From contig OZ242029.1 of NCBI GenBank assembly GCA_965205015.1, positions 3,680,001 through 3,744,000 on the forward strand: a stretch of 64,000 bases of DNA, in the 5' to 3' direction. This DNA is from Candidatus Poribacteria bacterium. Lineage in GTDB: Bacteria > Poribacteria > WGA-4E > WGA-3G. The first letter of the stretch is position 1, and every line of letters starts with the position of its first letter. This document shows, one piece after another, positions 39,444-49,711 of the stretch. Both the position numbers and the translations under genes were made by a program. The notes under the pieces were generated by a model, which was given only the letters and a program-made list of their open reading frames with translations, ran no database searches and was not told the DNA's origin.

Positions 39444-40589
39444 CTATAAATGCCGTTGGCGATACACCTGTCCGCCCTTGACAACGACGACCGGTTCCAG
39501 TATCTGTTTGCCGATTCTCACCTGATCATTTGCATCTACGAGTTGAAATTCACCCTCACGCAGTTCAAAAATTACCGCATCTCCCCACGCATCGACAGCC
39601 AAGGTCCCAACCTGCCCCGGCATCAAGATGGTATCTGCAGGAATGCTCGTAACTTTCGCCAAGGCATCGTCAAGCGACATACCGAGATACAGGAATTTGT
39701 TGACGACATTGACGAGATCGTAGACGGGACCCTTGACGTTATAGATGTGCAGGTCGGACGAGATGGTCGTCGGTTCAACGCCTTGCGCCATCGCTTTCTG
39801 AACGACATCCCAACTGAAAGAACCTGCTCCGTGTCCAACGTCGAAGATGACCCCGCGCTCGATCGCAGCATGGACGGCGTCCCGAATCCTACCGTTTTCG
39901 TCCAAGATACCGCACGCCATATCGTGGAAGCAGTGTGTTAGGATGTCCCGCTCCCCCATCAGTGCCAATATATCGTCTATGGATTCACACCATGCGTCTT
40001 GTGGATGAACCATTAGCGGTAACCCAGCGGCATCGGCGGCTTCGCGCGCCCTGTGCAACGGCACCATTTTCGCTCTCGCACCGACGATCGTCTCCCGCGT
40101 TAAACGGACCTTGACCCCCAGAATGATGTCGCGATGCTGCTCTATCATCCGACACGCTTTTCCGACATCGGCATAGTCAGGGTTTTCCAGTTCCCCAATC
40201 TCCTGTGTAAGCATGCCTTGTGAAGAGATGTTCAACTGTGCGAGGATACGCGTATCGCTCACGTCAATGACGTATTTACGGAAACCGGGAAACGTATCCG
40301 CTCCCGCTGAACCCGCATCGACGACTGTCGTTGCGCCGCGTGCTAAACAGGTAGGATCGGGTTCAATCCCGAAATGGCTCACGCCGTAGAAGACATGCAC
40401 GTGTAAATCGATTAAACCGGGTGTGACGAAACATCCCTCGGCATCTAATACTTCCCGCGCTTCAGATGAGGGTATATCGTCGCTGATCGCCGAGACGTGT
40501 CCATTCGCGAATGCGATATCTTTACGCGCATGGATACCCTGCGCAGGATCAATGACGGTTCCGTTTTTAATGATGAGTTCATAGTTCAT
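39444..40589 (-). CDS. amidohydrolase/deacetylase (dihydroorotase-like) metallohydrolase
   Basis: PGLIDLHVH, GATTVVDAGSAG, DILTHCF, FDVGHG, TISSDLH. Confidence 0.9.
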   Translation of the reverse strand: MNYELIIKNGTVIDPAQGIHARKDIAFANGHVSAISDDIPSSEAREVLDAEGCFVTPGLIDLHVHVFYGVSHFGIEPDPTCLARGATTVVDAGSAGADTFPGFRKYVIDVSDTRILAQLNISSQGMLTQEIGELENPDYADVGKACRMIEQHRDIILGVKVRLTRETIVGARAKMVPLHRAREAADAAGLPLMVHPQDAWCESIDDILALMGERDILTHCFHDMACGILDENGRIRDAVHAAIERGVIFDVGHGAGSFSWDVVQKAMAQGVEPTTISSDLHIYNVKGPVYDLVNVVNKFLYLGMSLDDALAKVTSIPADTILMPGQVGTLAVDAWGDAVIFELREGEFQLVDANDQVRIGKQILEPVVVVKGGQVYRQRHL

Positions 40590-40600
40590 GTGCGAAGTCC

Positions 40601-42112
40601 TTAGAATGTGCTTTCACGATTTGTAATCGGACACCACCGTGCCATGAGCAGGTAATCAAACAGTGCTGACTCTGCTTCTGGGGTGTCGATGCGTTTCAGC
40701 GCCAAGACGGCGTTGTCTCGGACGTACCGGTTTTCGTCGCTAAAGGCGTTTGCGAGCACTGGGACGGCATCGTTTGCAGCGGGTCCAATTTGCGCTAATG
40801 CTAATGCGGCTTCAAATCGCGCCTGCCCATCCTCATCGCTCGCCACCATATCGGTCAGGACAGGTACAGCGGGAGCGGCAATGGGTCCTAAGCCTCCGAA
40901 GGCTTCGGCGAGATAACGACGGACCTCAACGCATTCGTCTTTTGTGCGTTCCATCAATGCGGGGATAGCAGACGCTGCAGGATTTCCAATTTGCGCTAAA
41001 GCGTAGGCGGCTTCAACTCGCACGGCATCTTCGGTATGTTGTAAGGCTTCGCTCAAGGCAGACACAGCGGGTTCACCGACCGCAGCGAGCGCATACGCTG
41101 CCATTCGTCGCATGATTGGGTCTTCCGTACCGAGTGTTTCAATTAGTTGGGACACAGCGGGTTCACCGATCGATCCGAGGGCATACGCGGCGTTCAAACG
41201 GACAGGTTCATACACATCACACAGTGCTTGGATGAGGTGTGGAATTGCTTCTGCACCGGATTCGTCCAACATCCCTAAGTCGTCGGCGGCACGGGAACGG
41301 ACAGTGGCATCGTCATCACCTAATGCAGCGATGTGGTTTGCCAAATCTCCGTTGGCAACCGATTGGGCAGAATTCCCGTTGGACGTGCCTGCCACCCAAT
41401 TCCAGACATGTTTCCACGTTCCTTGATGCGTCGGAGTCGCTGAATCAACATCTCCCAGTTTCCAGTGCGGATCCGTTACGTTCCACTCCGGTTTCTGCGG
41501 TGCGTCCATCCGAATGAACTGGAATTTCATCATGTAGCGGGTCTTGTCGGTCAGATTTGCCATTGCGCGGTGCCAGAGATCGAAGTGAATAATCGTTAGG
41601 GTACCCGCTTCGCCGCTGAGCGCTAATTCACCCTCGTTGTCCTTCGTGATACGCGTATCGTAGTACTGCGTTCCCGGTAAAACTGCTGAGGGTCCGATTT
41701 CGAGCGGCGAGTCTTGGGGATAGTAGAACGCCATTGCCCAGCGGGGACAGTGGTGGCGGACTTTTTGATACCCCCAGTAGCTATCCTTGTGGAATCCTTG
41801 TCCATCGCTGTGAGGGCGGTTCTGATGCGGATGTCGATGGGAATGCATGGCGTAATTCTCGCCCAGAATACTCGTAAACGCGCCACGGACAGTAGGTTCC
41901 TCAAAAACGGCTTGCAATTCGGGGACGCGTGGCAAGATATTATTCCCTAAGTTCCCTTCTTTTGCTGTGAGTTCCTGTGTTTTGCGATAGATCGTTTCGT
42001 GGAAACTGCGCGGCAGATCGGCTTTTACGGTGAGATGTCCGTTCACAATAAATTCTCGCATCTGCGCGTCGGTCAGTTTGTGGCTTTCCTTTAGTTGTGA
42101 ATGCGTTTGCAT
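40601..42112 (-). CDS. phytanoyl-CoA dioxygenase (PhyH)-like domain fused to HEAT repeats
   Basis: HKD...DLWHRA facial-triad pattern, followed by VRxxAAxALG repeats. Confidence 0.85.
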   Translation of the reverse strand: MQTHSQLKESHKLTDAQMREFIVNGHLTVKADLPRSFHETIYRKTQELTAKEGNLGNNILPRVPELQAVFEEPTVRGAFTSILGENYAMHSHRHPHQNRPHSDGQGFHKDSYWGYQKVRHHCPRWAMAFYYPQDSPLEIGPSAVLPGTQYYDTRITKDNEGELALSGEAGTLTIIHFDLWHRAMANLTDKTRYMMKFQFIRMDAPQKPEWNVTDPHWKLGDVDSATPTHQGTWKHVWNWVAGTSNGNSAQSVANGDLANHIAALGDDDATVRSRAADDLGMLDESGAEAIPHLIQALCDVYEPVRLNAAYALGSIGEPAVSQLIETLGTEDPIMRRMAAYALAAVGEPAVSALSEALQHTEDAVRVEAAYALAQIGNPAASAIPALMERTKDECVEVRRYLAEAFGGLGPIAAPAVPVLTDMVASDEDGQARFEAALALAQIGPAANDAVPVLANAFSDENRYVRDNAVLALKRIDTPEAESALFDYLLMARWCPITNRESTF

Positions 42113-42552
42113 GGTCAAACTCCCTTTTAAGGGTTATCAGTTGTTGGGATTCCGAGATCCCTCCTACCAGATATCCAAACGTTCTTAATCTATTTTACGT
42201 GACACGCGTTTATTTGTCATCTATTTTAATTTTTAGGTATCGGTTATCAGTTTTCAATTATCAGTTACAAGATATTTTTGACGGTATCAGAATCCTCCGT
42301 AACCGACGACTGACAACCTGTGTCGGATAGTTTAGAAGGTTGGAATATTGACAGGATGTGGAATGGAAAACTGGAAGAGATACAAGACGCGAGCGAGGTT
42401 GAAAAGGGTCTCCATCTGCCCTTTGAAATGGGAAGGCACAAGGTGGCATCGTGTTCAGCAGTTAGCACGCATCGGTAGGCGATCAGAAGACCCGTTATTC
42501 AATGGAAATCTCTTTAGCTGACAACTGATAACCGAAAACTGACGACTATCAC

Positions 42553-45362
42553 ATTCCCTACGAACGGGAAGGCATATCCAAAGCATGGAATAACCAGGGA
42601 CAGGCTATCCAACAGTACTTGTTTCAATTCCCTACGAACGGGAAGGCATATCCAAAGGCACGAATTACTGATTGACTGTTATGAAAGGAAGTCGTCACGT
42701 TTCAATTCCCTACGAACGGGAAGGCATATCCAAAGGTCACGGCAGGGCTGATGCACTTTCCTACTCTAAACTGGTGTTTCAATTCCCTACGAACGGGAAG
42801 GCATATCCAAAGTTAGCAATCGTAGCAGGTGTATCGACGAAGGATGTTTCAATTCCCTACGAACGGGAAGGCATATCCAAAGTATCTCGTGTATTTTCAG
42901 TAATCCACATAAGCGTAAGTTTCAATTCCCTACGAACGGGAAGGCATATCCAAAGGAAAATGTTGGAGCGCAAGTGGATACCATCAAAAGCCGCATGTTT
43001 CAATTCCCTACGAACGGGAAGGCATATCCAAAGTTATCACGGTTAACGGCGTTGAATACACGATAACGTTTCAATTCCCTACGAACGGGAAGGCATATCC
43101 AAAGCCAAAGATGGCTGAACCGATTACGGACTTTCTAATGTTTCAATTCCCTACGAACGGGAAGGCATATCCAAAGTATCGCTTTTATTGCTAATTCTTC
43201 TTGACTTTCATTGGCAATGTTTCAATTCCCTACGAACGGGAAGGCATATCCAAAGGATCCATGCGAATGAGATCAAGAGCCGACCTCACTTCAAGTTTCA
43301 ATTCCCTACGAACGGGAAGGCATATCCAAAGGGATATCTTTAATGAGCCCGGGATGATCACAAAAGTGTTTCAATTCCCTACGAACGGGAAGGCATATCC
43401 AAAGTCCTAAAGGAGAATTGTAAAATGGCATCAACACCGACCGCGTTTCAATTCCCTACGAACAGGAAGGCATATCCAAAGAGTACAGCCAGCAGTTCTC
43501 TGGCGTCCACTGGTAGAATCGTTTCAATTCCCTACGAACGGGAAAGCATATCCAAAGTCAAAATTGCGGAGACGTGTTGGTGGAAAAAGACAAGTGAGTT
43601 TCAATTCCCTACGAACGGGAAGGCATATCCAAAGTATTACAATCTCAATTATCACAATTATCCTGAAAAGTTTCAATTCCCTACGAACGGGAAGGCATAT
43701 CCAAAGTCTACATAAACGACGGGCATCATGACCCCTATTAGGATGTTTCAATTCCCTACGAACGGGAAGGCATATCCAAAGTCAGTGTCTTGGGAAGATA
43801 TGCAGCATGGCTTTAGCATTGTTTCAATTCCCTACGAACGGGAAGGCATATCCAAAGCTCAGGTCAATGCAGTTTTTCACTCTACGCACGTTGAGATAGT
43901 TTCAATTCCCTACGAACGGGAAGGCATATCCAAAGAATGTTATTGACAACGAAAAAAGACGCTGGCATCATGTTTCAATTCCCTACGAACGGGAAGGCAT
44001 ATCCAAAGCTCTTAATCGTTACGGCGGATGCAAAGAAGCCAGAAGCGTTTCAATTCCCTACGAACGGGAAGGCATATCCAAAGTTGTTGCATTCCTCGCA
44101 GTAACGACCGCAACAGCAAAGAAGCCGTTTCAATTCCCTACGAACGGGAAGGCATATCCAAAGAACACCCGTTTACCCCGCAGCGAAAAAAAGTAAACTT
44201 ACTGTTTCAATTCCCTACGAACGGGAAGGCATATCCAAAGGGTAGTACTCTCTTATCCTTATTAAGAAAGTATACCGTTTCAATTCCCTACGAACGGGAA
44301 GGCATATCCAAAGAAGAGTATAGGAAGATTGAGGAAGAGGTGCGAAAGCAGTTTCAATTCCCTACGAACGGGAAGGCATATCCAAAGACCACACATCCCG
44401 GCTGGGGTCTCGTTTGGCAGTGCCACAGTTTCAATTCCCTACGAACGGGAAGGCATATCCAAAGCAAACCCTGTCCGGCGAAACTGCTCAACATAGAACT
44501 ATGAAGTTTCAATTCCCTACGAACGGGAAGGCATATCCAAAGTGGGCAGAAGAATTGGAAAGCGAACCCAAAGGAAGTTTCAATTCCCTACGAACGGGAA
44601 GGCATATCCAAAGATTAGGTCGTGTTGTCATCAGACTATCTTGGAAACAAGTTTCAATTCCCTACGAACGGGAAGGCATATCCAAAGTTAAAAAATAGAA
44701 GAAACGAGGGTTGCCGCCCTCAAAAGTTTCAATTCCCTACGAACGGGAAGGCATATCCAAAGACTGCGTTGCACCCCACCCTTGTTGTCATAAATTAATG
44801 AGTTTCAATTCCCTACGAACGGGAAGGCATATCCAAAGGCAGTCATTAGGGCTATTGCCACATTTCGAGTTTTCACTTGTTTGTTTCAATTCCCTACGAA
44901 CGGGAAGGCATATCCAAAGGGTGACGGAATAAAGGTCGTCCGGGAGCCCGGACAAAAGTTTCAATTCCCTACGAACGGGAAGGCATATCCAAAGTTAAAG
45001 GGTCTACGGGCATTAATTTTATGGATATCACTATTTGTTTCAATTCCCTACGAACGGGAAGGCATATCCAAAGTCAAAAAGGAGACTCTCATGGCAACCG
45101 CAACCGCGTTTCAATTCCCTACGAACGGGAAGGCATATCCAAAGGCTGAAAGTTCTCAATACCGATATGGAGCGTATCCAGTTTCAATTCCCTACGAACG
45201 GGAAGGCATATCCAAAGCTATAACTGCGATCCAGACCATCTGTTGATGCACCTGTTTCAATTCCCTACGAACGGGAAGGCATATCCAAAGTTTTTTATAA
45301 AAAGGAGAATAATCATGTTATTTGAGTTTCAATTCCCTACGAACGGGAAGGCATATCCAAAG
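42553..45362 (-). CRISPR. CRISPR array: 38 repeats (leftmost degenerate), 37 spacers of 33-44 nt; repeat as transcribed CTTTGGATATGCCTTCCCGTTCGTAGGGAATTGAAAC
   Basis: 37-bp repeat counted by eye, with single-base variants at 43445 and 43521. The degenerate copy on the left, the ATTGAAAC 3' end and a leftward promoter on the right give the minus orientation. Confidence 0.97.
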
Positions 45363-45625
45363 AGACCCCATTTTGCACCCAGTCGGGCCGTGGCTCCGGA
45401 TACCCCAAAACCAAACGCGAACTGCGCAGGGCTTTTTTTGCGCAAAAATTCATCCCTAAAATCCCACAAACCCTTATGAACATTGACCCAAACGCGATTT
45501 TTTAGCAAAATCGGTATGGAAGTCAGTCCACATCTATGTTCTTGGACGAATTAAGCCGTGCTGGAGTCCGAGGGATGAATCGTGTTTGTTTTTATAAGTA
45601 TACACAAAATTCGGAAAAATGTCAA
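45363..45625 (-). promoter_or_regulatory. CRISPR leader with sigma70 promoter
   Basis: Non-coding. Minus-strand TTGACA (45625-45620)-17 nt-TATACT (45602-45597) points into the array. Confidence 0.8.
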
Positions 45626-45672
45626 ATTTTTTGTATTCTTTTTAGGAATTACTAAGATTTTCTGAGTACTCC

Positions 45673-45701
45673 TTGACAAACAGGCTAACATCACTCATAA
45701 T
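45673..45701 (+). promoter_or_regulatory. sigma70 promoter for cas2, divergent from the leader promoter
   Basis: TTGACA-17 nt-CATAAT. Confidence 0.6.
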
Positions 45702-45735
45702 GATGAATATATCAGCGAAATGGAGGGTCAATTCG

Positions 45736-46011
45736 GTGTTCTACGTCATTTCTTACGATATTCCAGACAACCGGCGGCGCAATCAACTCGCCAAAGTCCT
45801 CAAAGGGTTCGGGACGCGAGTCCAATACAGTGTGTTTGAAGCACATCTCAACAGGACACAGTATGAAGAACTCAAACGCGCCGTTGCGCGTGTTATTAAT
45901 GCTTCCGAAGATTCAGTGCGCTACTATGCCCTCTGTGGGGCATGCGCGACGCGGATTGAAGTGCCAGCCCTCGGAGATGTAACCCCGGATCCGCAAACAA
46001 TTGTGGTTTGA
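45736..46011 (+). CDS. cas2: CRISPR-associated endoribonuclease Cas2
   Basis: YVISYDIPDNRRR...GTRVQYSVFE...DSVRYYALC; GTG start after GGAGG. Confidence 0.96.
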   Translation: MFYVISYDIPDNRRRNQLAKVLKGFGTRVQYSVFEAHLNRTQYEELKRAVARVINASEDSVRYYALCGACATRIEVPALGDVTPDPQTIVV

Positions 46012-46012
46012 T

Positions 46013-47425
46013 ATGCGACTCCCTGACCTCACGCTCGACCAAATCCGGCAACGGTGTACAGCACAGAGTTTCACGCGCGGCACGGAATACTTTCACGCCG
46101 GGATGATTGGAAACCCAATCTCTCAGGGTTATACATTGTCGGCAACATGTGAGGGGACAGACATAGATCCGTATCACGTCTCTGTGGAATTGATGCCGAC
46201 TGGAATCGCTACCACCTCTTGTTCGTGTCCTTATGCCGGTGACTCTGGCGGCCACGGGGATTGTAAGCATACCGTTGCGCTTTTGTTGACCTATGTCCAT
46301 ACACCCGATATCATCTCCTCTATCGATACCTTAATGACCATGCTCGCGGAAAAACCGAAGGAAAGTCTTTTACGCATTCTCTCAGAGGTGCTGAAACATG
46401 CACCAGAGGTGGAACCCGTTGTGCGAGTCTACGCCGATAGGTGTGACAAGGAAACGGAGACGACACCTACGGTGCTTCGCGTATATCTCGAACGGATTGA
46501 CTGCATCTTCGGGGACGGTTTTCTGGAACAGCATCAGCTTCGTAACGTCCTCATTCAACTTGAGAGGTTAGTAGAGCAGGCAGCATCGCTTTCAGAAATC
46601 GGAGAAACAGAACTCGCGCTGTCAATTCTTCACGCCTTGATACACCAATCCATCGTCCGTTATCCCGATACACTCCAGAAACAGGAATTACCGAGATTCG
46701 TTAAGAAATGCACAACGACGTTTGCGGAGATTGCTATGGAGGCGCGAGAATTGGATTCGGTAGGCCTCGGCATAGAAGTTCTGCCGGTTCCCTTACGTGA
46801 ACACTATCAGATGTTGTTGGCACTGAGCTTCGAGGCGGCACCCGTCTTCACACCGCTCCTGACACGCCTCCTTCAGCAGTGCTGCACTACGCCAGAATCG
46901 GCAGATTTACAAGCAACAATTGAACAACGGCTCGATGAAAGTCCCGATCGGCAGGCACATGTTCAACTCCTCTTTGCTTTGTCTCTCCAGTCCGGTAGCA
47001 TCGGAGAGTGTCTTCGGCTCGCACGCCGCGAAGGAGAAAATTATCTCCTGATCCATACGCTCTTCACACACCAGCAAGACGCTGCCGCATGGCAGGCACT
47101 CGAAACGCACCCTTTGTCGGTTGATGAACATTGGTGCCTTTTGGAAAGCCCGATTGCCACGCGTATTCCAGGGTTTACTGATAAATTGCTCATGTCCGTC
47201 AGGCATTACGACTCCGACACCGCGATTGCCCTATATCACAGACGCATTGAAAAGACCGTCCTTCCCCGAAAGCAGAAGGATTACAAAAAAACTCGGAACT
47301 ATCTGGCTGATTTACGGGAACTCTATGAGGCGTGTGATCAGGAAAGCCAGTGGACCTCGTACCTGACAACCTTCCGAAAACAGCATGCACGCAAACGCTT
47401 GCTGCTGCAAATAATTGATGTATAG
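46013..47425 (+). CDS. SWIM zinc-finger protein with helical C-terminus
   Basis: SFTRGTEYF...PYHV...SCSCPY...CKHTVALL; ATG 1 nt after the cas2 stop. Confidence 0.85.
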   Translation: MRLPDLTLDQIRQRCTAQSFTRGTEYFHAGMIGNPISQGYTLSATCEGTDIDPYHVSVELMPTGIATTSCSCPYAGDSGGHGDCKHTVALLLTYVHTPDIISSIDTLMTMLAEKPKESLLRILSEVLKHAPEVEPVVRVYADRCDKETETTPTVLRVYLERIDCIFGDGFLEQHQLRNVLIQLERLVEQAASLSEIGETELALSILHALIHQSIVRYPDTLQKQELPRFVKKCTTTFAEIAMEARELDSVGLGIEVLPVPLREHYQMLLALSFEAAPVFTPLLTRLLQQCCTTPESADLQATIEQRLDESPDRQAHVQLLFALSLQSGSIGECLRLARREGENYLLIHTLFTHQQDAAAWQALETHPLSVDEHWCLLESPIATRIPGFTDKLLMSVRHYDSDTAIALYHRRIEKTVLPRKQKDYKKTRNYLADLRELYEACDQESQWTSYLTTFRKQHARKRLLLQIIDV

Positions 47426-47444
47426 CACGCCCCTGGAGCGGAAA

Positions 47445-47613
47445 TCTCCCTTTTTTTAAATTTTTTACTATCCTTTTTATCCCCTGTAGACTCTATACAA
47501 ATGTCCGTCCCTTGGTTATCCACTGCGCAAACTAACAGTTTACGCTACAAGAAGTCTCTTTTTTTAAATTTTTTGCTATCCTTTTTACCCATTGCAGACT
47601 CTATACAAACGTC
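47445..47613. repeat. about 60-bp direct repeat pair (47445-47505, 47555-47613)
   Basis: TTTTTTAAATTTTTT(A/G)CTATCCTTTTTA...AGACTCTATACAAA(T/C)GTC occurs twice. Confidence 0.8.
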
Positions 47614-47849
47614 TGATCACTGTCTAATGAACCACCAACTCCTTTCTCACTTAACCTGCAACAATTCCTAAACCTTAAACGACTCTTCTGTCGAGTTTCA
47701 AATTAAAGGGATCTGTTTTCGTTTGTAGTAGGGCAATTCATTGCCCGTTTTGAACTTGCGAACGTGCGATAAATCGCACGACGACGAATCTTACCCTAAA
47801 AGTCAAAGTAGACGCATCACCAGCACACAGATAAACAGGAGGATTCCGA

Positions 47850-48406
47850 ATGTTCGATTACACACCGAGCCCTTCACTCTCCACACAACTCTGCGAACCT
47901 GAAACACTACATGATGCTTGGCGAAAAGTCCGGAGCAATAAAGGAAACCCCGGCATTGATGGGGTTACGATTCAACAGTTTGAGGTAAACCTGACAAAAC
48001 ATCTCCGTCAGCTCTCACGTGAACTCACTGAAGACCGGTATTATCCGCTTCCTGTTCAGAAGTTCACAATCAAAAAATCAAATGGCACCACCCGTGAGCT
48101 CTCTGTCCTGACGCTGAAAGATCGGATTGTTCAACGCGCCGTTTGTGATCTCATCAAAAAACAGAAATTGTGGACTTCAACACCGGGATTGAATTCCTTG
48201 GACACATCTTTGACAGGGACGGCTGTTACCAACCCGTTCCTGAGTCCCGGTCAAAAAGTTTACAGAATCAGGTCCAACGCGTCCTGAAAAATGGCGCAGC
48301 ACACGTCGTTCATTCTGGACAACATGTGACACAGCACGGAAAAAATATCGCCACGCACCTCAGTGAACGTCTCAAACGCGGAAACAATTCTCGTAGGTTG
48401 GGTTGA
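47850..48406 (+). pseudogene. CRISPR-associated group II intron-like reverse transcriptase with internal deletion
   Basis: RT0-2 (AWRKVRSNKGNPGIDG, YYPLPV, RELSVLTLKDRIVQRAV) joins out of frame at about 48155 to RT7 (KTEIVDFNTGIEFLGHIF). PQG and YxDD motifs are absent. Confidence 0.85.
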
Positions 48407-48640
48407 ACGGGACTGTGAAATACGATCCGTCCTTCAAACACCCAGCAAACACGGGATTCTGTTATAGGTCTTCACGGATGTAGTGAAACCCAACAGCTTA
48501 TACCGCTATATCCGTAGAAGCCTTACCGGAAAAGCGTTGGGTTTCGCTCTGTATTTCTAAAAGGGTAAGTATAGGAACCTAACACCAATAATGTTTAAAA
48601 GTGTAGGTTTCAGTGTTTATCCGCTCAACCCAACCTACGG
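48392..48640. repeat. REP-like composite palindrome between RT and cas1
   Basis: CGTAGGTTGGGTTGA at the left, inverted TCAACCCAACCTACG at the right, internal GAAACCCAAC / GTTGGGTTTC pair. Confidence 0.7.
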
Positions 48641-48718
48641 TGCAGTGTTTTAAATTGACACCTATGGGTTAAACGTGAGCGGAATCCAACGTCTCATTCC
48701 TTACTTAGGAGGTATCAA

Positions 48719-49711
48719 ATGGCAATTCTTTACATCACGCAACAAGGGGCAGTTCTCCACAAATCCGGCAACCGAGTCATTGTGAAAAAGGACCGCGATG
48801 TGCTTCAGGAAATCCCGATCGTCCAACTCGACGAGGTCGTCATTTTCGGGAACGGAAACATCACAACCCCGACAATAGGATACCTACTCCACAAAAACAT
48901 TCCTGTCTCTTTTCTCTCTTCACAAGGGAAATACAAAGGGAAACTTCAACCCCCTTATGCCAAGGACACCCTCATTCGGCAACATCAATACGCCGTTGCT
49001 GCGGATCCGACGCGGTGCCTTGAATTCGCCAAATGTTTCGTCCGAGGCAAACTCACGAACGCTATCCGATTCTCCCGACGGCAACGCTCCCAAAACGCCG
49101 AAGTGAAATCCACTCTGGATGCCGCCCATCAAACTTTGGAAAGACTGGAACGTGCCGAGAATTTAGAATCGCTGCTCGGATACGAAGGCACCGGCACCGC
49201 TGCCCATTACCGGGCATTCCGACAATTCTTGACACACGATTGGGGGTTCACCACGCGACAATTCCGACCGCCACCCGATCCAATTAACGCAATGCTTTCA
49301 CTCGGTTACACGCTCCTGCACAATCACGTCTATACCTTCATCAATGTGGTTGGGTTCGATCCATACTGCGGATACTTCCATCAACCCAGGCACGGACACG
49401 CCGCACTCGCCTCCGATCTCATGGAGGAGTTCCGACAAATCATCGTGGATGGTTATGTGCTTTCGCTCGTCAACAACAATCGTATCAGACCCGACGACTT
49501 TGAGCGAACCACCAAAGGCATCCGTTTTACCAAGGAGGCGTTGGATCGGTTCCTTGTTGGCTACTACGGGCGGATGCAACAGACGTTTCAACATCCAACC
49601 CGCAATGAGAAAACGACCTACCTGCGCTGTATTGAACTCCAGGTCCGGCACTTAGCGCACGTAATCACAGGCAAGGCCCCCACATATAAACCGTTTCTCA
49701 TCCGGACCTAA
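48719..49711 (+). CDS. cas1: CRISPR-associated endonuclease Cas1
   Basis: LYITQQGAVL, LLGYEG, RPPPDPINAMLSLGY, ALASDLMEEFR. Confidence 0.97.
   Translation: MAILYITQQGAVLHKSGNRVIVKKDRDVLQEIPIVQLDEVVIFGNGNITTPTIGYLLHKNIPVSFLSSQGKYKGKLQPPYAKDTLIRQHQYAVAADPTRCLEFAKCFVRGKLTNAIRFSRRQRSQNAEVKSTLDAAHQTLERLERAENLESLLGYEGTGTAAHYRAFRQFLTHDWGFTTRQFRPPPDPINAMLSLGYTLLHNHVYTFINVVGFDPYCGYFHQPRHGHAALASDLMEEFRQIIVDGYVLSLVNNNRIRPDDFERTTKGIRFTKEALDRFLVGYYGRMQQTFQHPTRNEKTTYLRCIELQVRHLAHVITGKAPTYKPFLIRT

Noticed and set aside
9691-41950. Numerous short opposite-strand ORFs in the track
   Set aside because: Shadow ORFs overlapping well-supported genes.
45291-45325. Self-targeting of the cas operon by the newest spacer (AAGGAGAATAA also occurs near 54990-55000)
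   Set aside because: Only about 11 nt of generic RBS sequence is shared; no full spacer match in the window was seen by eye.
42672-45479. ORFs with repeating FQFPTNGKAYPK / VSIPYEREGISK peptides
   Set aside because: They are translations of the CRISPR repeats, not genes.
47650-48406. RT as a group II intron, retron or DGR
   Set aside because: No intron domain V/VI, maturase domain, msr-msd inverted repeats or TR/VR pair was recognised; adjacency to cas1 explains it better.
48659-48718. Possible RT-Cas1 fusion (short open frame upstream of the cas1 ATG)
   Set aside because: There is an in-frame TGA at 48656-48658 and cas1 has its own AGGAGG RBS. An ancestral fusion cannot be shown from this sequence.
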